DNA of 32,000 nt. Source: Vibrio alginolyticus NBRC 15630 = ATCC 17749 (GTDB lineage: Bacteria; Pseudomonadota; Gammaproteobacteria; Enterobacterales; Vibrionaceae). This document shows positions 21,382-31,954 of this stretch, one piece after another. The position numbers and the translations under genes were made by a program. The notes under the pieces are model-generated. The model made no database searches. It had not been told where the DNA came from and was given only the letters and a program-made list of their open reading frames with translations. Location: positions 2,940,001 to 2,972,000 of the forward strand of contig NC_022349.1 in NCBI RefSeq assembly GCF_000354175.2. The letters are read 5' to 3'. The first letter of the stretch is position 1, and the number at the start of each line of letters is the position of its first letter.

Positions 21382-21993
21382 TTATTTTTTGCCTAGGTCA
21401 GCTGCGTGCTCAGATAGGAACGCTGCAACACCTTTTGGAGATGCGTCCATACCTGCTTTACCTTCTTCCCATTGTGCAGGACATACTTCGCCGTGCTTCT
21501 GGTGGAAGTTAAGAGCGTCAACCATGCGTAGCATTTCGTCGATGTTACGGCCTAGTGGTAGGTCGTTAACTACTTGGTGACGTACAACGCCTTCTTCGTC
21601 GATTAGGAAAGAACCACGGAAAGCAACGCCTGCTTCTGGGTGCTCAACGTCGTAAGCTTTACAGATTTCGTGCTTAACGTCAGCAACTAGTGGGTACTTA
21701 ACTTGACCGATACCGCCATCTTCGATAGCAGTGTTACGCCATGCGTTGTGAGAGAACTGAGAATCGATAGAAACACCGATTACTTCAACACCTTTAGCTT
21801 GGAAGTCAGCTAGACGGTTGTCGAATGCGATTAGCTCAGATGGGCAAACGAAAGTGAAATCTAGTGGGTAGAAGAATACTACTGCTTTCTTACCTTTAGT
21901 GAACTCTGCAAAGTTGAAGTTTTCAACGATTTCACCGTTACCTAGAACAGCTGCTGCAGTAAAATCAGGGGCTTGACGACCTACTAGTACCAT
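21382..21993 (-). CDS. Typical 2-Cys peroxiredoxin (AhpC/Prx1 family), no adjacent ahpF
   Basis: 203 aa with the peroxidatic Cys in DFTFVCPSE and the resolving Cys in GEVCPAQW. A strong RBS AGGAG lies upstream. The gene is divergent from oxyR. Confidence 0.93.
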   Translation of the reverse strand: MVLVGRQAPDFTAAAVLGNGEIVENFNFAEFTKGKKAVVFFYPLDFTFVCPSELIAFDNRLADFQAKGVEVIGVSIDSQFSHNAWRNTAIEDGGIGQVKYPLVADVKHEICKAYDVEHPEAGVAFRGSFLIDEEGVVRHQVVNDLPLGRNIDEMLRMVDALNFHQKHGEVCPAQWEEGKAGMDASPKGVAAFLSEHAADLGKK

Positions 21994-22124
21994 TTTTTTT
22001 GCTCCTAAAAAGTATGGTTAGCTCCAAACCGAATTCAGTTGTGTCGGTTTGGTTCGTGTTTGTACGAGACAAACTATAGTACAGATTGTAGTATTGAAAA
22101 AAGCGAAATAAATAGATTGAGTTA

Positions 22125-22139
22125 ATCGAAAAAAACGAT
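22125..22139. promoter_or_regulatory. Candidate LysR-type (T-N11-A) operator in the prx/oxyR divergent promoter region
   Basis: A dyad ATCG-N7-CGAT (i.e. ATC-N9-GAT) lies 55 bp upstream of the oxyR ATG. I could not fit the full OxyR ATAG-N7-CTAT tetrad. Confidence 0.3.
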
Positions 22140-22193
22140 AATAACAAAACTCTTAACTCGATCACTGGAACGGCGGTAGATACAAATACAATT

Positions 22194-23099
22194 ATGAATA
22201 AATGGCCCAGTTTGAAGCAGTTACACTATTTAGTCACACTGCATGAAACAAGACATTTTAGTGACGCTGCAGAGCGTTGTTTTGTCAGTCAGTCGACTTT
22301 AAGTAAGGGTATTCAAAACTTAGAGGAATTGATTGGTTGTCCCTTATATGAAAAGAAAGATAAAAAAAGTCCACTGGTTTTTACCCAAACAGGAGAAATG
22401 GTAGTAAAGCAGGGGCGAGAGCTGTTAGCAAAAGGGCAAGATTTGGTCGAGCTTGGACGTATGTGCCAAGGCGACGATATGCAAGGCCAGCTAAAAGTAG
22501 GATGTATACCAACAATTGCTCCGTTTTTACTGTGTGATTTGGTACAAGAGGTGAACTACCGTTTTCCACAACTGAATCTTTTATTAAGAGAAGACACGAC
22601 GACAAACTTACTTCAAGCGCTCAGACATGGTGAGCTGGATGTGCTTATTTTAGCGTTACCAGTCGAAATTGATGGGATGGAAAGCCGAGTAGTGGGTAAG
22701 GATCCGTTTCGAATGGTTATAAGCGCTAATCAAGCCCAATCGGTCCCTGTGCCGATTCGTTACGCGGATTTACCTGACGAATCCGTCTTTCTACTAGAGA
22801 AAGAACATTGCTTAACGGAACATGCGGTATCAGCGTGTAAATTAACAGACAAAGAAAAAATCAATCCGTTTACGGCAACCAGCCTCCATACACTGGTGCA
22901 AATGGTTGCGAATGGTTTGGGAACAACGTTCATTCCTCAAATGGCTATCGACCATGGCTTGCTGCATAACCAGAATTTAGTCGTGATCGATCCTCCCGGT
23001 AAACAAGCTTATCGCGAAATAGGCTTAGTTTGGCGTCCGAGCTCGTCAAGAACGAAAACATTTAATCAACTTGCAGAAGTCGTTTCAGAGCTGCTTTAG
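22194..23099 (+). CDS. oxyR: LysR-family hydrogen peroxide sensor OxyR
   Basis: 301 aa with an HTH N-terminus LHYLVTLHETRHFSDAAERCFVSQSTLSKGIQNLE. The redox Cys pair is in EHCLTEHAVSAC, spaced as E. coli C199/C208. Confidence 0.9.
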   Translation: MNKWPSLKQLHYLVTLHETRHFSDAAERCFVSQSTLSKGIQNLEELIGCPLYEKKDKKSPLVFTQTGEMVVKQGRELLAKGQDLVELGRMCQGDDMQGQLKVGCIPTIAPFLLCDLVQEVNYRFPQLNLLLREDTTTNLLQALRHGELDVLILALPVEIDGMESRVVGKDPFRMVISANQAQSVPVPIRYADLPDESVFLLEKEHCLTEHAVSACKLTDKEKINPFTATSLHTLVQMVANGLGTTFIPQMAIDHGLLHNQNLVVIDPPGKQAYREIGLVWRPSSSRTKTFNQLAEVVSELL

Positions 23100-23140
23100 C
23101 TATTAGTATTAGCCCTTACTTCTCCATTATTTATCTAAAA

Positions 23141-23165
23141 GCGCACTGGAAACAGTGCGCTTTCT
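23141..23165 (+). terminator. Rho-independent terminator of oxyR
   Basis: 8-bp stem GCGCACTG / CAGTGCGC with loop GAAA, followed by TTTCT. Confidence 0.75.
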
Positions 23166-23705
23166 AGTATTTTATTCTGTTGGTAAACTTTGACTTGTAA
23201 AATTTTACAGCTCTTCTTTGATGAAGCTTTCATAAAATAGTGAAATTTCACAATGTTAATTTTACACAAAGCCCTGCATACCTTGTTTGACCCCTGTTTA
23301 AATACATCTCTTCAGCCCTTGTGAATACAAGGTGTTTGTTTACCAGTCTATATTCATACGCTTGTTTGAAATGATAAAACGACTTTAAATTTAATGTAAT
23401 TTTATTACGTAATAACTTACAAAATAAGGCGCTTGATAGATGGTTTTTACCTTGCGGAATAAAACTTTGAATTTTCTGTTTTGTTTATATTGGGGGTTTC
23501 ACTAAACCCCTTGTTGATATAGCTTATTTAAAGGCCGATACGACTTATGTCTAGATTGAAAATACACGTAGCATTACGCAATCTATCGGCATGGCTAGAC
23601 GAGTTGAACACAAAGTTAAAGGATGTAATTTGTTGTTCATAACTTACAAATGTAGCTTTACGCTGACTGCCCAAGATTGATAAAGCACGTTAAGGATGAA
23701 TGATT

Positions 23706-25334
23706 ATGCTTGCTCAGACAGAACAAAAAACACAACAACTAAAGCAAACCCAAGGCATGCTTGAGGTGAATGGAGTCGTTGCTCCAGAACATCAAGCAAT
23801 TTTCCCTGTTGAAGCCCAAACCTTTTTATCTCTACTGTGTGAAAAATTTGCCGGACGTGTTGAACAGTTGCTGGAAGCAAGAGAAGAGAAGCAAGCACGT
23901 ATTGATGCTGGTGAGCTACCAGATTTTCTACCAGAGACACAAGACATCCGTGAAGGAAGTTGGAAGATCCTAGGAATCCCACAAGATCTGCAAGATCGCC
24001 GTGTGGAGATTACCGGACCAACTGACCGCAAGATGGTGATTAACGCACTGAATGCGAATGTAAAAGTGTTCATGGCAGACTTCGAAGATTCAATGTCTCC
24101 TGCATGGAGTAAAGTGCTGGATGGTCAAATTAACTTGCGCGATGCTGTTAATGGCACCATCAGTTACACCAATCCTGGCAATGGCAAACATTATCAGCTG
24201 GAAGATGACCCAGCGGTGTTGATCTGCCGTGTTCGCGGCCTTCATTTAAAAGAAAAACACGTTACGTGGCACGGTCAGATCATTCCAGGTGCGCTATTCG
24301 ATTTCGCTCTGTATTTCTATAACAACTACAAAGCGTTACTTCAAAAAGGCAGCGGCCCTTATTTCTACCTTCCAAAACTGCAATCGCATCACGAAGCGAA
24401 GTGGTGGAGCGAAGTGTTCCATTTCACGGAAGACTATTTCGGTTTGGATACAGGCACCATCAAAGCGACTGTGCTGATTGAAACCTTACCAGCGGTATTC
24501 GAAATGGACGAGATTCTGTTCTCGCTTAAAGAACACATCGTTGGTTTGAACTGTGGTCGCTGGGATTACATCTTTAGCTATATCAAAACATTGAAAAAAC
24601 ACTCAGACCGAGTACTGCCAGATCGCCAAGTGGTAACGATGGACAAGCCATTCTTAAACGCTTACTCGCGATTATTGGTACGTACTTGCCATAAACGAGG
24701 TGCTTTCGCGATGGGAGGAATGGCCGCATTTATCCCAGCTAAAGACCCGAAAGAGAATCAAAAAGTATTAGACAAGATCCAGACTGACAAATCGTTAGAA
24801 GCTAACAACGGCCACGACGGTACTTGGGTGGCTCATCCAGGTTTGGCTGACACTGCTATGGAAGTCTTTAGTGCTGTGCTGGGTGAGCGCACCAACCAGT
24901 TGGATGTGAGCCGTGCAGAGGATGCGCCTATTACTGCAGCCGAACTGCTTGAGCCTTGTGAAGGCGAGCGCACTGAAGGCGGAATGCGCCACAATATTCG
25001 CGTTGCGCTGCAATACATCGAAGCTTGGATTTCTGGCAATGGTTGTGTGCCGATTTACGGACTGATGGAAGACGCTGCAACGGCAGAAATCTCACGCGCC
25101 TCTATCTGGCAATGGATTCAACACGGCAAGTCGCTAGACAACGGATTAAAGGTCACTAAAGAGCTGTTCGAGCTCTATCTCAAAGAGGAGATTGAAGTCG
25201 TGAAGCAAGAAATTGGCGAGCAGCGCTACCATGCAGGTCGATTTGAAGAAGCAGCAGACTTAATGGCAAGGCTCACGACGAGCGATGAACTGACCAACTT
25301 TTTGACAGTTCCTGGTTATGACTACCTGGATTAA
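23706..25334 (+). CDS. aceB: Malate synthase A
   Basis: ~542 aa. Recognisable motifs are RRVEITGPTDRKMVINALN, PYFYLPKLQSHHEA, and GLNCGRWDYIFS. The start is either ATG 23706 (better spacing from AAGGA) or 23700. Confidence 0.93.
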   Translation: MLAQTEQKTQQLKQTQGMLEVNGVVAPEHQAIFPVEAQTFLSLLCEKFAGRVEQLLEAREEKQARIDAGELPDFLPETQDIREGSWKILGIPQDLQDRRVEITGPTDRKMVINALNANVKVFMADFEDSMSPAWSKVLDGQINLRDAVNGTISYTNPGNGKHYQLEDDPAVLICRVRGLHLKEKHVTWHGQIIPGALFDFALYFYNNYKALLQKGSGPYFYLPKLQSHHEAKWWSEVFHFTEDYFGLDTGTIKATVLIETLPAVFEMDEILFSLKEHIVGLNCGRWDYIFSYIKTLKKHSDRVLPDRQVVTMDKPFLNAYSRLLVRTCHKRGAFAMGGMAAFIPAKDPKENQKVLDKIQTDKSLEANNGHDGTWVAHPGLADTAMEVFSAVLGERTNQLDVSRAEDAPITAAELLEPCEGERTEGGMRHNIRVALQYIEAWISGNGCVPIYGLMEDAATAEISRASIWQWIQHGKSLDNGLKVTKELFELYLKEEIEVVKQEIGEQRYHAGRFEEAADLMARLTTSDELTNFLTVPGYDYLD

Positions 25335-25455
25335 TAAAGAATAACTGTAACACCAATAACGTGAAGGATTTTCAAAGGCAGATAGGGAAGTACTGCCTGA
25401 GAACGGAAACTCAACGCACACGCATAAAGTGCAAATTATAAAGAGGGATAGACCA

Positions 25456-26769
25456 ATGACTAACTTAACTCGCCGCCAACAAATTGAAGCTCTGGAAAAA
25501 GACTGGGCAACTAACCCACGCTGGAAAAATGTGAAGCGTACTTACACTGCCGAGGAAGTGGTGGAACTGCGTGGCTCTATGGTGCCTGCAAACACAATTG
25601 CACAACGTGGTGCAGACAAACTTTGGTCACTGGTCAACGGTAGTGCGAAAAAAGGTTACGTAAACTGTCTTGGTGCGCTAACGGGTGGTCAAGCCGTTCA
25701 ACAAGCTAAGGCAGGTATTGAAGCGATTTATCTGTCAGGCTGGCAGGTAGCGGCGGATAACAACACCGCTTCGACGATGTATCCAGACCAATCTCTTTAC
25801 CCAGTAGATTCTGTACCGTCAGTAGTAAAGCGTATCAACAACTCATTCCGTCGTGCAGACCAAATTCAGTGGGCTGCTGGTAAGACGCCTGAAGATGAAG
25901 GTGGTATTGATTACTTCCTACCTATCGTAGCGGATGCTGAAGCGGGCTTTGGTGGTGTGCTTAACGCTTACGAACTAATGAAATCGATGATCGAAGCCGG
26001 TGCCGCGGGCGTTCACTTTGAAGACCAGTTAGCATCGGTGAAAAAGTGTGGCCATATGGGTGGTAAGGTATTAGTTCCTACGCAAGAAGCGGTACAAAAG
26101 CTCGTTGCAGCTCGTTTGGCTGCTGACGTAGCGGGTACAACAACATTAGTTATTGCTCGTACTGATGCGAATGCGGCGGATCTCATTACTTCAGATTGTG
26201 ACCCATATGATAAAGACTTCATCGAAGGTGAGCGTACTCAAGAAGGTTTCTACCGCGTTCGCGCGGGTATCGACCAAGCGATTTCTCGCGGCCTGGCTTA
26301 CGCACCATATGCAGACTTGATTTGGTGTGAAACGGCTACGCCATGTTTGGAAGAAGCACGTAAGTTTGCAGAAGCAATTCACGCTGAATACCCAGATCAA
26401 TTGTTGGCGTACAACTGTTCGCCGTCCTTCAACTGGGAGAAAAACCTAGATGCAGAAACTATTGCTAAGTTCCAACAAGAGCTTGCAGACATGGGCTACA
26501 AGTACCAATTCATCACGCTAGCAGGCATTCACAACATGTGGTTCAACATGTTTGAACTGGCGCACGCTTACGCTCAAGGTGAAGGTATGCGTCATTATGT
26601 TGAGAAAGTTCAGCGTCCTGAATTCCAAGCAGCTGAAAAAGGCTATACGTTTGTTGCGCACCAACAAGAAGTAGGTACAGGTTACTTCGATAGAATGACC
26701 AATACTATCCAAGGTGGTAACTCTTCAGTGACAGCATTGACAGGTTCGACCGAAGAAGACCAATTCTAA
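25456..26769 (+). CDS. aceA: Isocitrate lyase
   Basis: 437 aa counted from [17 protein letters not shown] (RBS AGAGGGA). The catalytic signature is KKCGHMGGK. The ORF-track start at 25429 (GTG) is probably an upstream extension. Confidence 0.95.
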   Translation: MTNLTRRQQIEALEKDWATNPRWKNVKRTYTAEEVVELRGSMVPANTIAQRGADKLWSLVNGSAKKGYVNCLGALTGGQAVQQAKAGIEAIYLSGWQVAADNNTASTMYPDQSLYPVDSVPSVVKRINNSFRRADQIQWAAGKTPEDEGGIDYFLPIVADAEAGFGGVLNAYELMKSMIEAGAAGVHFEDQLASVKKCGHMGGKVLVPTQEAVQKLVAARLAADVAGTTTLVIARTDANAADLITSDCDPYDKDFIEGERTQEGFYRVRAGIDQAISRGLAYAPYADLIWCETATPCLEEARKFAEAIHAEYPDQLLAYNCSPSFNWEKNLDAETIAKFQQELADMGYKYQFITLAGIHNMWFNMFELAHAYAQGEGMRHYVEKVQRPEFQAAEKGYTFVAHQQEVGTGYFDRMTNTIQGGNSSVTALTGSTEEDQF

Positions 26770-26814
26770 TTGGCAGAGAAACACTTCCTTAATCAGCGTC
26801 AGTAATGGCATTTT

Positions 26815-26840
26815 GAGCGGCAACCCTGCCGCTCTTTTTT
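26815..26840 (+). terminator. Rho-independent terminator of aceBA
   Basis: Stem GAGCGGC / GCCGCTC with loop AACCCT, followed by TTTTTT. Confidence 0.8.
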
Positions 26841-26892
26841 CGTTTAACCGGTGTAAAAACGAAACTTACAACAAAGAGAATACGCTTGCGTA

Positions 26893-27342
26893 CTACTCTT
26901 CCTGCTCGATTTCTTCAGGTTCCACTTCTTCTTGCAGTTCCAATAAGTTAATCGCAATGGTCACAAAGTCACTGTCAGTAATGATGCCGACCAATCGACC
27001 TTTGGTGACAACAGGTAGACAGCCAACTTTATGCTTTTGCATATAGATAGCGCTCTCTTTGAGCCCCGCGATAGGCTCTGCCGTCATGATATTGGTGTGC
27101 ATCATTTCGTAGAGCGGTGTGTCTAAAGTAAAAGATTGTTCAGCCTCATCTGGGTGCAAGCTCGATTCTTGAGCAGCAAGAATGTCGCGTTGAGTCACCA
27201 AGCCTTGTAAGTGGTTATTGGCATCAACAACCGGAATGTGTCGAATATCAAGCGCATCCATCATGCTTTTTGCATCACGCAAGGTGTGCGTGCGCAGTAA
27301 GGTATGAGGATTACGAGTCATCATGTCTTCAACCTTGATCAT
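26893..27342 (-). CDS. CBS-pair domain protein with acidic C-terminal tail
   Basis: Two CBS motifs (VEDMMTRNPHTL...IRHIPVVD... and EMMHTNIMTAEP...VGCLPVVTKGRLVGIITDSDF). I place the start at MIKVEDMM (ATG 27342, GGAGG 6 nt upstream). The 32 upstream codons in the ORF track are probably not translated. Confidence 0.85.
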   Translation of the reverse strand: MIKVEDMMTRNPHTLLRTHTLRDAKSMMDALDIRHIPVVDANNHLQGLVTQRDILAAQESSLHPDEAEQSFTLDTPLYEMMHTNIMTAEPIAGLKESAIYMQKHKVGCLPVVTKGRLVGIITDSDFVTIAINLLELQEEVEPEEIEQEE

Positions 27343-27654
27343 AGAGACCTCCAGCGGCATTGTCCTTCTCTTAAATATAGAGAATATTTTTCTGTATATC
27401 TGGGAGCTAACTCGTTTTTCATCAATTAAATAGCACAATGCTGATGGGCTGCGTAATCTGTGTTTTATTGATGTTTTTATTAATTTGAATAAGTCGGTTT
27501 GTGTGCGAGTCAGTTGGCATTTTTAGTTGATATTGAATGTGTTCCCAAGGTAATCCAATGAATTGAATCGCACATTTTTATTCGCTGGATTTTCCAAGAT
27601 TCTTCTCTCGAAGAAGATACGTCCAGGCTTACCAAATTGAAGACAGCAACCTAG

Positions 27655-28821
27655 ATGAAACGAACAACGTGTAACAAACTTATTGCGCTGGCAGTGGCGG
27701 CATTCAGTGTGCCATCAACACAGGCGATTGTGTTAGGAGATGAACAAACCGATCCTGTTGACCGCGTTACTTTGCGAGCAAGTAACATGGCAGAGTTTCC
27801 GCTGTGTGGTGGAACGATGCTGACAGAGCAATGGGTACTGACTGCGGCGCACTGTGTGGTGATGGGACAAGGAACCAATGAAGCAACCTACTATGTGACC
27901 CCGCCGGGTGAGCTGTCGGTGAATGCGAATGCGTATGAACTTAATTCTGCAGGGCTTGATAACTTTTATCCGGTGTCTCACGTTGTGGTTCATCCGGATT
28001 ACACCCGGATTTCAAAAGCTGAGACCGACAGTAATGGCAACGTGAAACCTATCCAAACCGGTTTAGATTCAGACATCGCGTTGCTGTATCTCACGCGCCC
28101 AGTGGCAAACGCGAACTTTGCTGACCTAGCGAGTAAAGTTGACATGGAGAGTATCGAAGCACGTTTGGTGGCGGATTGGAACGATAATTACCTGACCAAT
28201 CAACGTGTCGAAAATGTGCAAGTGTTTGGATGGGGGGCTACTCAGCCGGATGCTTCTGAACCTTCTAATACGCTCAAAACCACCATTAGCACATTTTTAC
28301 CCATCGACAAATGTTATGAGCGTTTAGAAATTGGCAGCAGTTTTCCGGGGATCATTGATTCAAGAGACAACCAAACCAAAATTTGTACGCTACCAACACA
28401 AAACCATGTATTGGAGCCAGATAGCCATACTCAATATGGCAACTCTGCATGTAAAGGTGACAGTGGTGGCCCGTTGGTCGATGTGGCGACCGGCAAACAA
28501 ATTGGTATTGTTAGTGGCGGCCCCCTTATTCTACCAACGTGTGGCTCTTTGACGATCCCAAGTTTCTACACCAAGGTGAGCCACTATTACGACTGGGTAC
28601 AGTCTTACATCACTGCCGATGCGCCACCAAGTCGTTACATCATTGCGCCGAATTTTATCAAAAGTGCTAACAATGAAAGTGGTGACAATAAAGAGTGTCA
28701 CGATGGCATTGCGACCAATAACTGTGATTTCAAAGGCTCAGATGATGAAGGTGGCAGTCTAGGGTTTTGGTTATTGGGTTTATTCGTGCCGTTATTCTTG
28801 TGGCGAAAGCGTGAGGTTTGA
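27655..28821 (+). CDS. Secreted trypsin-fold (S1) serine protease with GlyGly-CTERM sorting signal
   Basis: Signal peptide (predicted cleavage ...STQA|IVLG). The catalytic triad contexts are LTAAHC (His66), DSDIALL (Asp140) and CKGDSGGPL (Ser270). The C-terminus DDEGGSLGFWLLGLFVPLFLWRKREV is a Gly-Gly-Ser, a hydrophobic helix and a basic cluster, the pattern of rhombosortase substrates such as V. cholerae VesB. Confidence 0.88.
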   Translation: MKRTTCNKLIALAVAAFSVPSTQAIVLGDEQTDPVDRVTLRASNMAEFPLCGGTMLTEQWVLTAAHCVVMGQGTNEATYYVTPPGELSVNANAYELNSAGLDNFYPVSHVVVHPDYTRISKAETDSNGNVKPIQTGLDSDIALLYLTRPVANANFADLASKVDMESIEARLVADWNDNYLTNQRVENVQVFGWGATQPDASEPSNTLKTTISTFLPIDKCYERLEIGSSFPGIIDSRDNQTKICTLPTQNHVLEPDSHTQYGNSACKGDSGGPLVDVATGKQIGIVSGGPLILPTCGSLTIPSFYTKVSHYYDWVQSYITADAPPSRYIIAPNFIKSANNESGDNKECHDGIATNNCDFKGSDDEGGSLGFWLLGLFVPLFLWRKREV

Positions 28822-28847
28822 TAGGGCGATTGGAATGCCAAACTAAT

Positions 28848-28877
28848 AAGCAGCGGTATACGCTGCTTTGCTTTTTT
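28848..28877 (+). terminator. Rho-independent terminator of the protease gene
   Basis: Stem AAGCAGCG / CGCTGCTT with loop GTATA, followed by TGCTTTTTT. Confidence 0.75.
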
Positions 28878-29089
28878 CATGTTCTCTCTTTTGGGCTCAA
28901 ATTAAAAATAGTGCCAAGTCATCGAGGCTTTTCACGTTTTATTACACTCTTCACCATGGCTTTTACTGCTATATTCTGGTGATTTGCTTGCTATTGCAGC
29001 ATGTAAACATATACTAGTCTGCTGCGAAAAACTCGTCGCAATTTTATCGTCGCCTAGACGTGATTTGACCAATAGATAAGACAAGTAAC

Positions 29090-30142
29090 ATGCAAGTATC
29101 AGATTTCCATTTCGACCTTCCAGATGAACTCATCGCTCGCTACCCTCAACCAGAGCGTACCGCTAGCCGACTGCTGCAAATGGACGGCAATACCGGAGAG
29201 CTCATTGATGGCACATTTACTGATGTATTGGGCCAAGTTCAACCCGGTGACTTAGTGGTGTTTAATAATACTCGTGTTATTCCTGCTCGTCTTTTTGGCC
29301 GCAAGGAATCGGGCGGTAAATTAGAAGTGCTGGTGGAGCGCATGTTGGATGAGAAAAGCATCCTAGCGCACGTTCGTTGCTCTAAATCACCAAAACCAGG
29401 TACAACCATTATTGTTGGCGAGAATGATGAATATTCAGCAGAAATGGTTGCACGCCATGATGCTTTATTTGAACTGAAATTTAGTTCTGATAAGACGGTA
29501 CTAGAAATTCTGGAAGAAATCGGCCATATGCCGCTTCCTCCTTACATCGACCGTCCAGACGAAGATGCAGATAAAGAGCGTTACCAAACGGTATATAATC
29601 AAAAGCCAGGTGCGGTTGCGGCACCGACAGCGGGCCTTCACTTTGATGATGTTCTCTTGGAGAAAATCAAAGCGAAAGGTGCAGAGTTTGCTTACGTTAC
29701 TTTGCACGTTGGGGCGGGTACATTCCAGCCAGTAAAAGTGGAAAATATCAACGATCACCACATGCATGCCGAGTACGTAGAAGTACCACAAGAAGTCGTC
29801 GAAGCAATTAAAGCGACGAAAGCGCGTGGCGGACGAATTATTGCTGTTGGTACAACATCTGTGCGCTCACTTGAAAGTGCAGCGCAAGACGCATTGCAAA
29901 AAGGGACTGAGCTGGCCCCATTCTTTGGCGATACAGAAATCTTTATTTTCCCTGGTTACGAATATCAGCTGGTGGATTGCTTGATCACCAACTTCCACTT
30001 GCCTGAATCAACATTGATCATGTTGGTGAGTGCATTTGCTGGATACGAGAACACCATGAATGCTTACAAACATGCGGTGGAAAACAAATACCGTTTCTTC
30101 TCGTATGGCGATTCAATGTTCATCAAGAAGAAAACGGCGTAG
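29090..30142 (+). CDS. queA: S-adenosylmethionine:tRNA ribosyltransferase-isomerase QueA
   Basis: 350 aa, collinear with E. coli QueA ([19 protein letters not shown]...[14 protein letters not shown]...GHMPLPPYI). Confidence 0.95.
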   Translation: MQVSDFHFDLPDELIARYPQPERTASRLLQMDGNTGELIDGTFTDVLGQVQPGDLVVFNNTRVIPARLFGRKESGGKLEVLVERMLDEKSILAHVRCSKSPKPGTTIIVGENDEYSAEMVARHDALFELKFSSDKTVLEILEEIGHMPLPPYIDRPDEDADKERYQTVYNQKPGAVAAPTAGLHFDDVLLEKIKAKGAEFAYVTLHVGAGTFQPVKVENINDHHMHAEYVEVPQEVVEAIKATKARGGRIIAVGTTSVRSLESAAQDALQKGTELAPFFGDTEIFIFPGYEYQLVDCLITNFHLPESTLIMLVSAFAGYENTMNAYKHAVENKYRFFSYGDSMFIKKKTA

Positions 30143-30250
30143 TTAAAAATAGATTTACGAGTGCTAGCAGTAAGCTAGGAAATAAAGCATCCATTGCTTT
30201 GTCTCTCGCAAGGAAAAGCGACCGCTCCTTAAAGTAGGGTAGAGCCCTAA

Positions 30251-31426
<1,176 letters not shown>

Positions 31427-31446
31427 TTGAAAAACTAAAAGAATTA

Positions 31447-31476
31447 AAGCCTTTGGCATGTCGCCAGAGGCTTTTG
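31447..31476 (+). terminator. Terminator or attenuator hairpin after tgt
   Basis: 11-bp stem AAGCCTTTGGC / GCCAGAGGCTT (one G-U pair) with loop ATGTC, followed by a short T-tract (TTTTG). Confidence 0.6.
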
Positions 31477-31603
31477 CTAATAAAGTAGGCTAACGCACGT
31501 TATTTTTGAGAGAGCGATCTCTATTAGTTACTCTCAGACTTGAATCTAAAATGCGAAAGCCCAATTTGTTTGATTATCAATAAAATATAATGAGGATGTT
31601 TTA

Positions 31604-31933
31604 ATGTTTATTTCTCAGGCTCACGCAGCAGCAGAAGGCGCGCCAGCAGGCGGTGGTTTTGAAATGCTAATCATGCTTGGCATGTTCGCAGTGATCTTTT
31701 ACTTCATGATTTACCGCCCACAAGCGAAACGCGTAAAAGAACACAAAAACCTAATGGCTTCTATGGGCAAAGGCGACGAAGTTTTAACTAGCGGTGGCCT
31801 AGTGGGTAAAATCACTAAGATTGCTGAAGACAATGACTACATTTCAATTGAGCTTAACGCGAACAATGAAGTAGTAATCAAGAAAGACTTCATCACTGCA
31901 GTGCTACCAAAAGGTACGCTTAAGTCTCTATAA
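31604..31933 (+). CDS. yajC: Preprotein translocase subunit YajC
   Basis: 109 aa with a single TM (MLIMLGMFAVIFYFMIYRPQ) followed by KRxKEH. RBS GAGGA lies upstream. Confidence 0.93.
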   Translation: MFISQAHAAAEGAPAGGGFEMLIMLGMFAVIFYFMIYRPQAKRVKEHKNLMASMGKGDEVLTSGGLVGKITKIAEDNDYISIELNANNEVVIKKDFITAVLPKGTLKSL

Positions 31934-31954
31934 AACAGCTAAAGGATCCTCGCT

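Noticed and set aside
22070-22160. An attempt to fit the canonical OxyR tetrad ATAG-N7-CTAT-N7-ATAG-N7-CTAT.
   Set aside because: Starting from the ATAG at 22112 or at 22076, the phased elements match at only 1-2 of 4 positions. I report only the simpler ATC-N9-GAT dyad, at low confidence.
21965-22165. A 66-aa minus-strand ORF in the prx/oxyR intergenic region.
   Set aside because: It is AT-rich promoter DNA. The ORF overlaps the prx start in another frame and has no RBS.
23704-25039. Antisense and off-frame ORFs within aceB (23704..23982, 23792..24073, 23770..23973, 24795..25013, 24833..25039).
   Set aside because: They overlap a full-length, well-supported malate synthase gene and have no independent signals.
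25376-25398. A 6-bp hairpin AGGCAG/CTGCCT in the aceB-aceA spacer.
   Set aside because: The stem is short, the loop is 11 nt, and there is no U-tract. This is not distinguishable from chance.
25429-25455. An upstream GVG-start extension of aceA (MQIIKRDRP).
   Set aside because: The ATG at 25456 is preceded by AGAGGGA and gives an N-terminus matching isocitrate lyases. The extension would bury that RBS inside coding sequence.
26813-27046. A 77-aa plus-strand ORF overlapping the aceA terminator and the CBS gene.
   Set aside because: It starts inside the terminator hairpin and runs antisense to a well-supported CBS-pair gene.
27343-27438. A 32-codon N-terminal extension of the CBS-domain ORF.
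   Set aside because: GGAGG sits 6 nt before the internal ATG at 27342, and CBS-pair proteins start at the first CBS motif. The extension is AT-rich promoter-like sequence.
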